A stretch of 64,000 bases of DNA from Cenococcum geophilum (Eukaryota): assembly GCA_050273025.1 (NCBI GenBank), contig CP158636.1, positions 5,084,001 through 5,148,000 on the forward strand, in the 5' to 3' direction. The position numbers were made by a program, and so were the translations under genes. Of this stretch, positions 61,901 to 64,000 are shown piece by piece. Positions within the stretch are counted from its first letter, which is position 1. Every line of letters begins with the position of its first letter. Below the pieces are notes generated by a model that had not been told where the DNA came from, did no database searches, and saw only the letters and a list, made by a program, of their open reading frames with translations.

Positions 61901-64000
61901 AATGCCTTTATATAAAGCACGCCCCTAGTATATAGTCTAATGCATTTATTTTTACAACTATCTCTAGTCCTAGTTAATAGATCTTAAGAACTGGCTCCTA
62001 GGTAAATAACTCTTTAACTTTCTTAAAGAGTTCTCTTTACTCCTCTCCCTATACCTATAGTTCTCCTTTCTTTATTAACCGCGTAAATAGCTTAATGTTC
62101 TTTAACCACTACGCTATAAACCTTCTGTAGTAATTATAAAACCTTAGGAACGATCTTAACTATATAATATTCTCTAGTTCCTGCCAATTCACTATAGCCT
62201 TAATCTTCTTTAGATCTATGCTAAGTTAGCCTAGTTTAATAATAAATCCAACGAAATCGGTCTTTCTAGTAAAGAACTTGTATTTTTTAATTACTACTAG
62301 CATCTGTTCTTCTTATAGTCTCTTTAAGACCTATTTAACGTGTTCCCTATATTCTTCCTTAGTTATTAAGTAGATAATAATATCGTCGAGATATACCATA
62401 ATAAATTCATTTAAGTATTCTCCTAACACATTATTAATACGCTTTTAGAACGTTACTGGTGCGTTTATAAGCCTAAATTATATAACTAATAGTTCGTATA
62501 GTCCTTCCTTTAACCTAAAGGCTGCCTTTTATTTATTACCTTCCTTAATCCTAATCTAATAATACGCCTATCTTAGATCTATCTTCGTAAAGATTTGCGT
62601 ATTACCTATCCTGTCTTAGATTTCGCTAATTAAGGGTAAAGAATACCTATCCTTCCTAGTAATGCTATTTAACTATCTATAGTCGATATATAGCCTTAGT
62701 TTGCCATTTTTCTTTAGTATAAATAGTACTGGATAACCCGCTAATAACTGCGATGGTCTAATATATCCTTTTTATAGATTTTCCTAGATAAACTCTTTTA
62801 ACGCTCTACCTTCTTCTTTAATAAGCTTATAGATTAGAAAGAACTTTGGACTTATTTCTGGTTCTAACTCTATTTTATAGTCCCATACTATATATTTTAA
62901 TAGCTTTTTACTTTCCGGTAACCATAGTTTCTTACCGTACTTATAGTATCTTTTTAGTATATAGCTTAGTCCTTTTTCTATTTCTTTATAGGTTACTCCT
63001 ACTTAGTACTATACTAACTTAGCTTATTATTACATCTTATAGCGTTAAGTATCTCTAATATCGACCTAACCTATAATCTAATTAATCCTTAGATTATATT
63101 CCTATAACTAAGGTATGCCTAATACTGCCTTGTCCTATCCCAATAGTAGGATATTAAAAGATATCTCGATTTATCTTTCTTTAATAGTTATCTAAATAGG
63201 TCCTATTTTAAGATTAATAATCCCTCCTCTATAGGTTATTAGATCTCCTAAAATTATAACTAATAGGTAAGGTTGCTCCTTTTATCTATAAGGTAGTCCC
63301 ATTTTCTTAACTACTGCTAGTAAGATATAGTTTCGCGTTACTCTACTATCTATTAGCGCTTTAAACTGCTAATCTTACTAATTAATTCGTAAATTTAGGT
63401 GTTGTCCTTAAATTCTTTTAAGGGTCTAAGGCTCTACTACTGGCTCCCTCTAGTCCCATAGGCCTCTACTTTTCCTAACTGTTAGCTACTTAATCCTAGT
63501 GTACTTAGCTCGCTCTTTAGCTAATGCCTAGTTCGCTTTTTATCTTTAATATACTATAGACACATATTTTTTAGGCATTCCCACCACTATCGTCCGTCTA
63601 AGTATTCTTCTATAAGGAATCTTCCTAGTTAAAGTACTAAACTTCCTTCCTCTTAGACCTCTATTAGATGCTATCTATATATATATTTAGCATTCCTATA
63701 CTATTACTTATCCGTTATCCAGTACATCCTTATAGGGTATTTCCGATTCTTTTCTTTTGGATTCTTATGTATTTCGCATATATCGTCCACACACGTAATT
63801 TATAATATTATGTAGTGTACTAGGTACTTTAGGTTAACTCTTAGCTCGTCTTTATCCTTAAGTTTAAACCTTTATTATACTAATCTAAACGTTATAACTT
63901 TATTCACGGGTACTAAGATACGTCTCTCGCTTCTTTAGTCCTCTAAACGTTCCTTTAGATCCTTTAACGTTATAATTAAGGCTCCTTTAATATACGTTAT
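58943..64000 (-). mobile_element. Gypsy/chromovirus copy related to copy B (3' LTR 58943-59367, pol), running off the window
   Basis: LTR TATAACGGAACC...GTCCGTAACA and internal sequence colinear with 17928-24780, lacking the Fot1 insertion. Confidence 0.92.

Larger units (their letters stand above)
30748..64000 (+). mobile_element. Starship-like giant transposon; left end at ~30748, right end not seen in window
   Basis: Gypsy homology ends abruptly after AACTTTACTA (TTAC at 30742-30745). A DUF3435 captain is the first gene, and DUF3723 and HET cargo follow. The interrupted Gypsy does not resume within the window. Confidence 0.75.

Overview
This is filamentous-ascomycete DNA heavily mutated by repeat-induced point mutation (RIP): it is AT-rich, has excess TpA, and most ORFs are broken by TAA/TAG. 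Bases 1-30747 are a nest of dead transposons (Gypsy/chromovirus, Copia, Tad1-like LINE, Fot1/pogo, MITE), with most junctions and target-site duplications (TSDs) readable. At ~30748 the host Gypsy breaks at a TTAC site. About 470 bp later begins a RIP-degraded DUF3435 tyrosine recombinase ('captain'), marking the left end of a Starship-like giant element that probably runs past the window end. Its cargo includes a DUF3723 fragment, degraded unknown genes, minisatellites, MITEs and a HET-domain gene. The most striking feature is a 5-kb array of 74 x 68-bp repeats directly upstream of the HET coding region. Each unit is a complete 65-nt spliceosomal intron (GTAAGT...GCTAAT...TAG) plus one hypervariable 3-nt micro-exon in frame with the HET ORF, so the gene appears to build a variable N-terminus one codon per exon. 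All calls come from manual reading and translation; no database searches were run.
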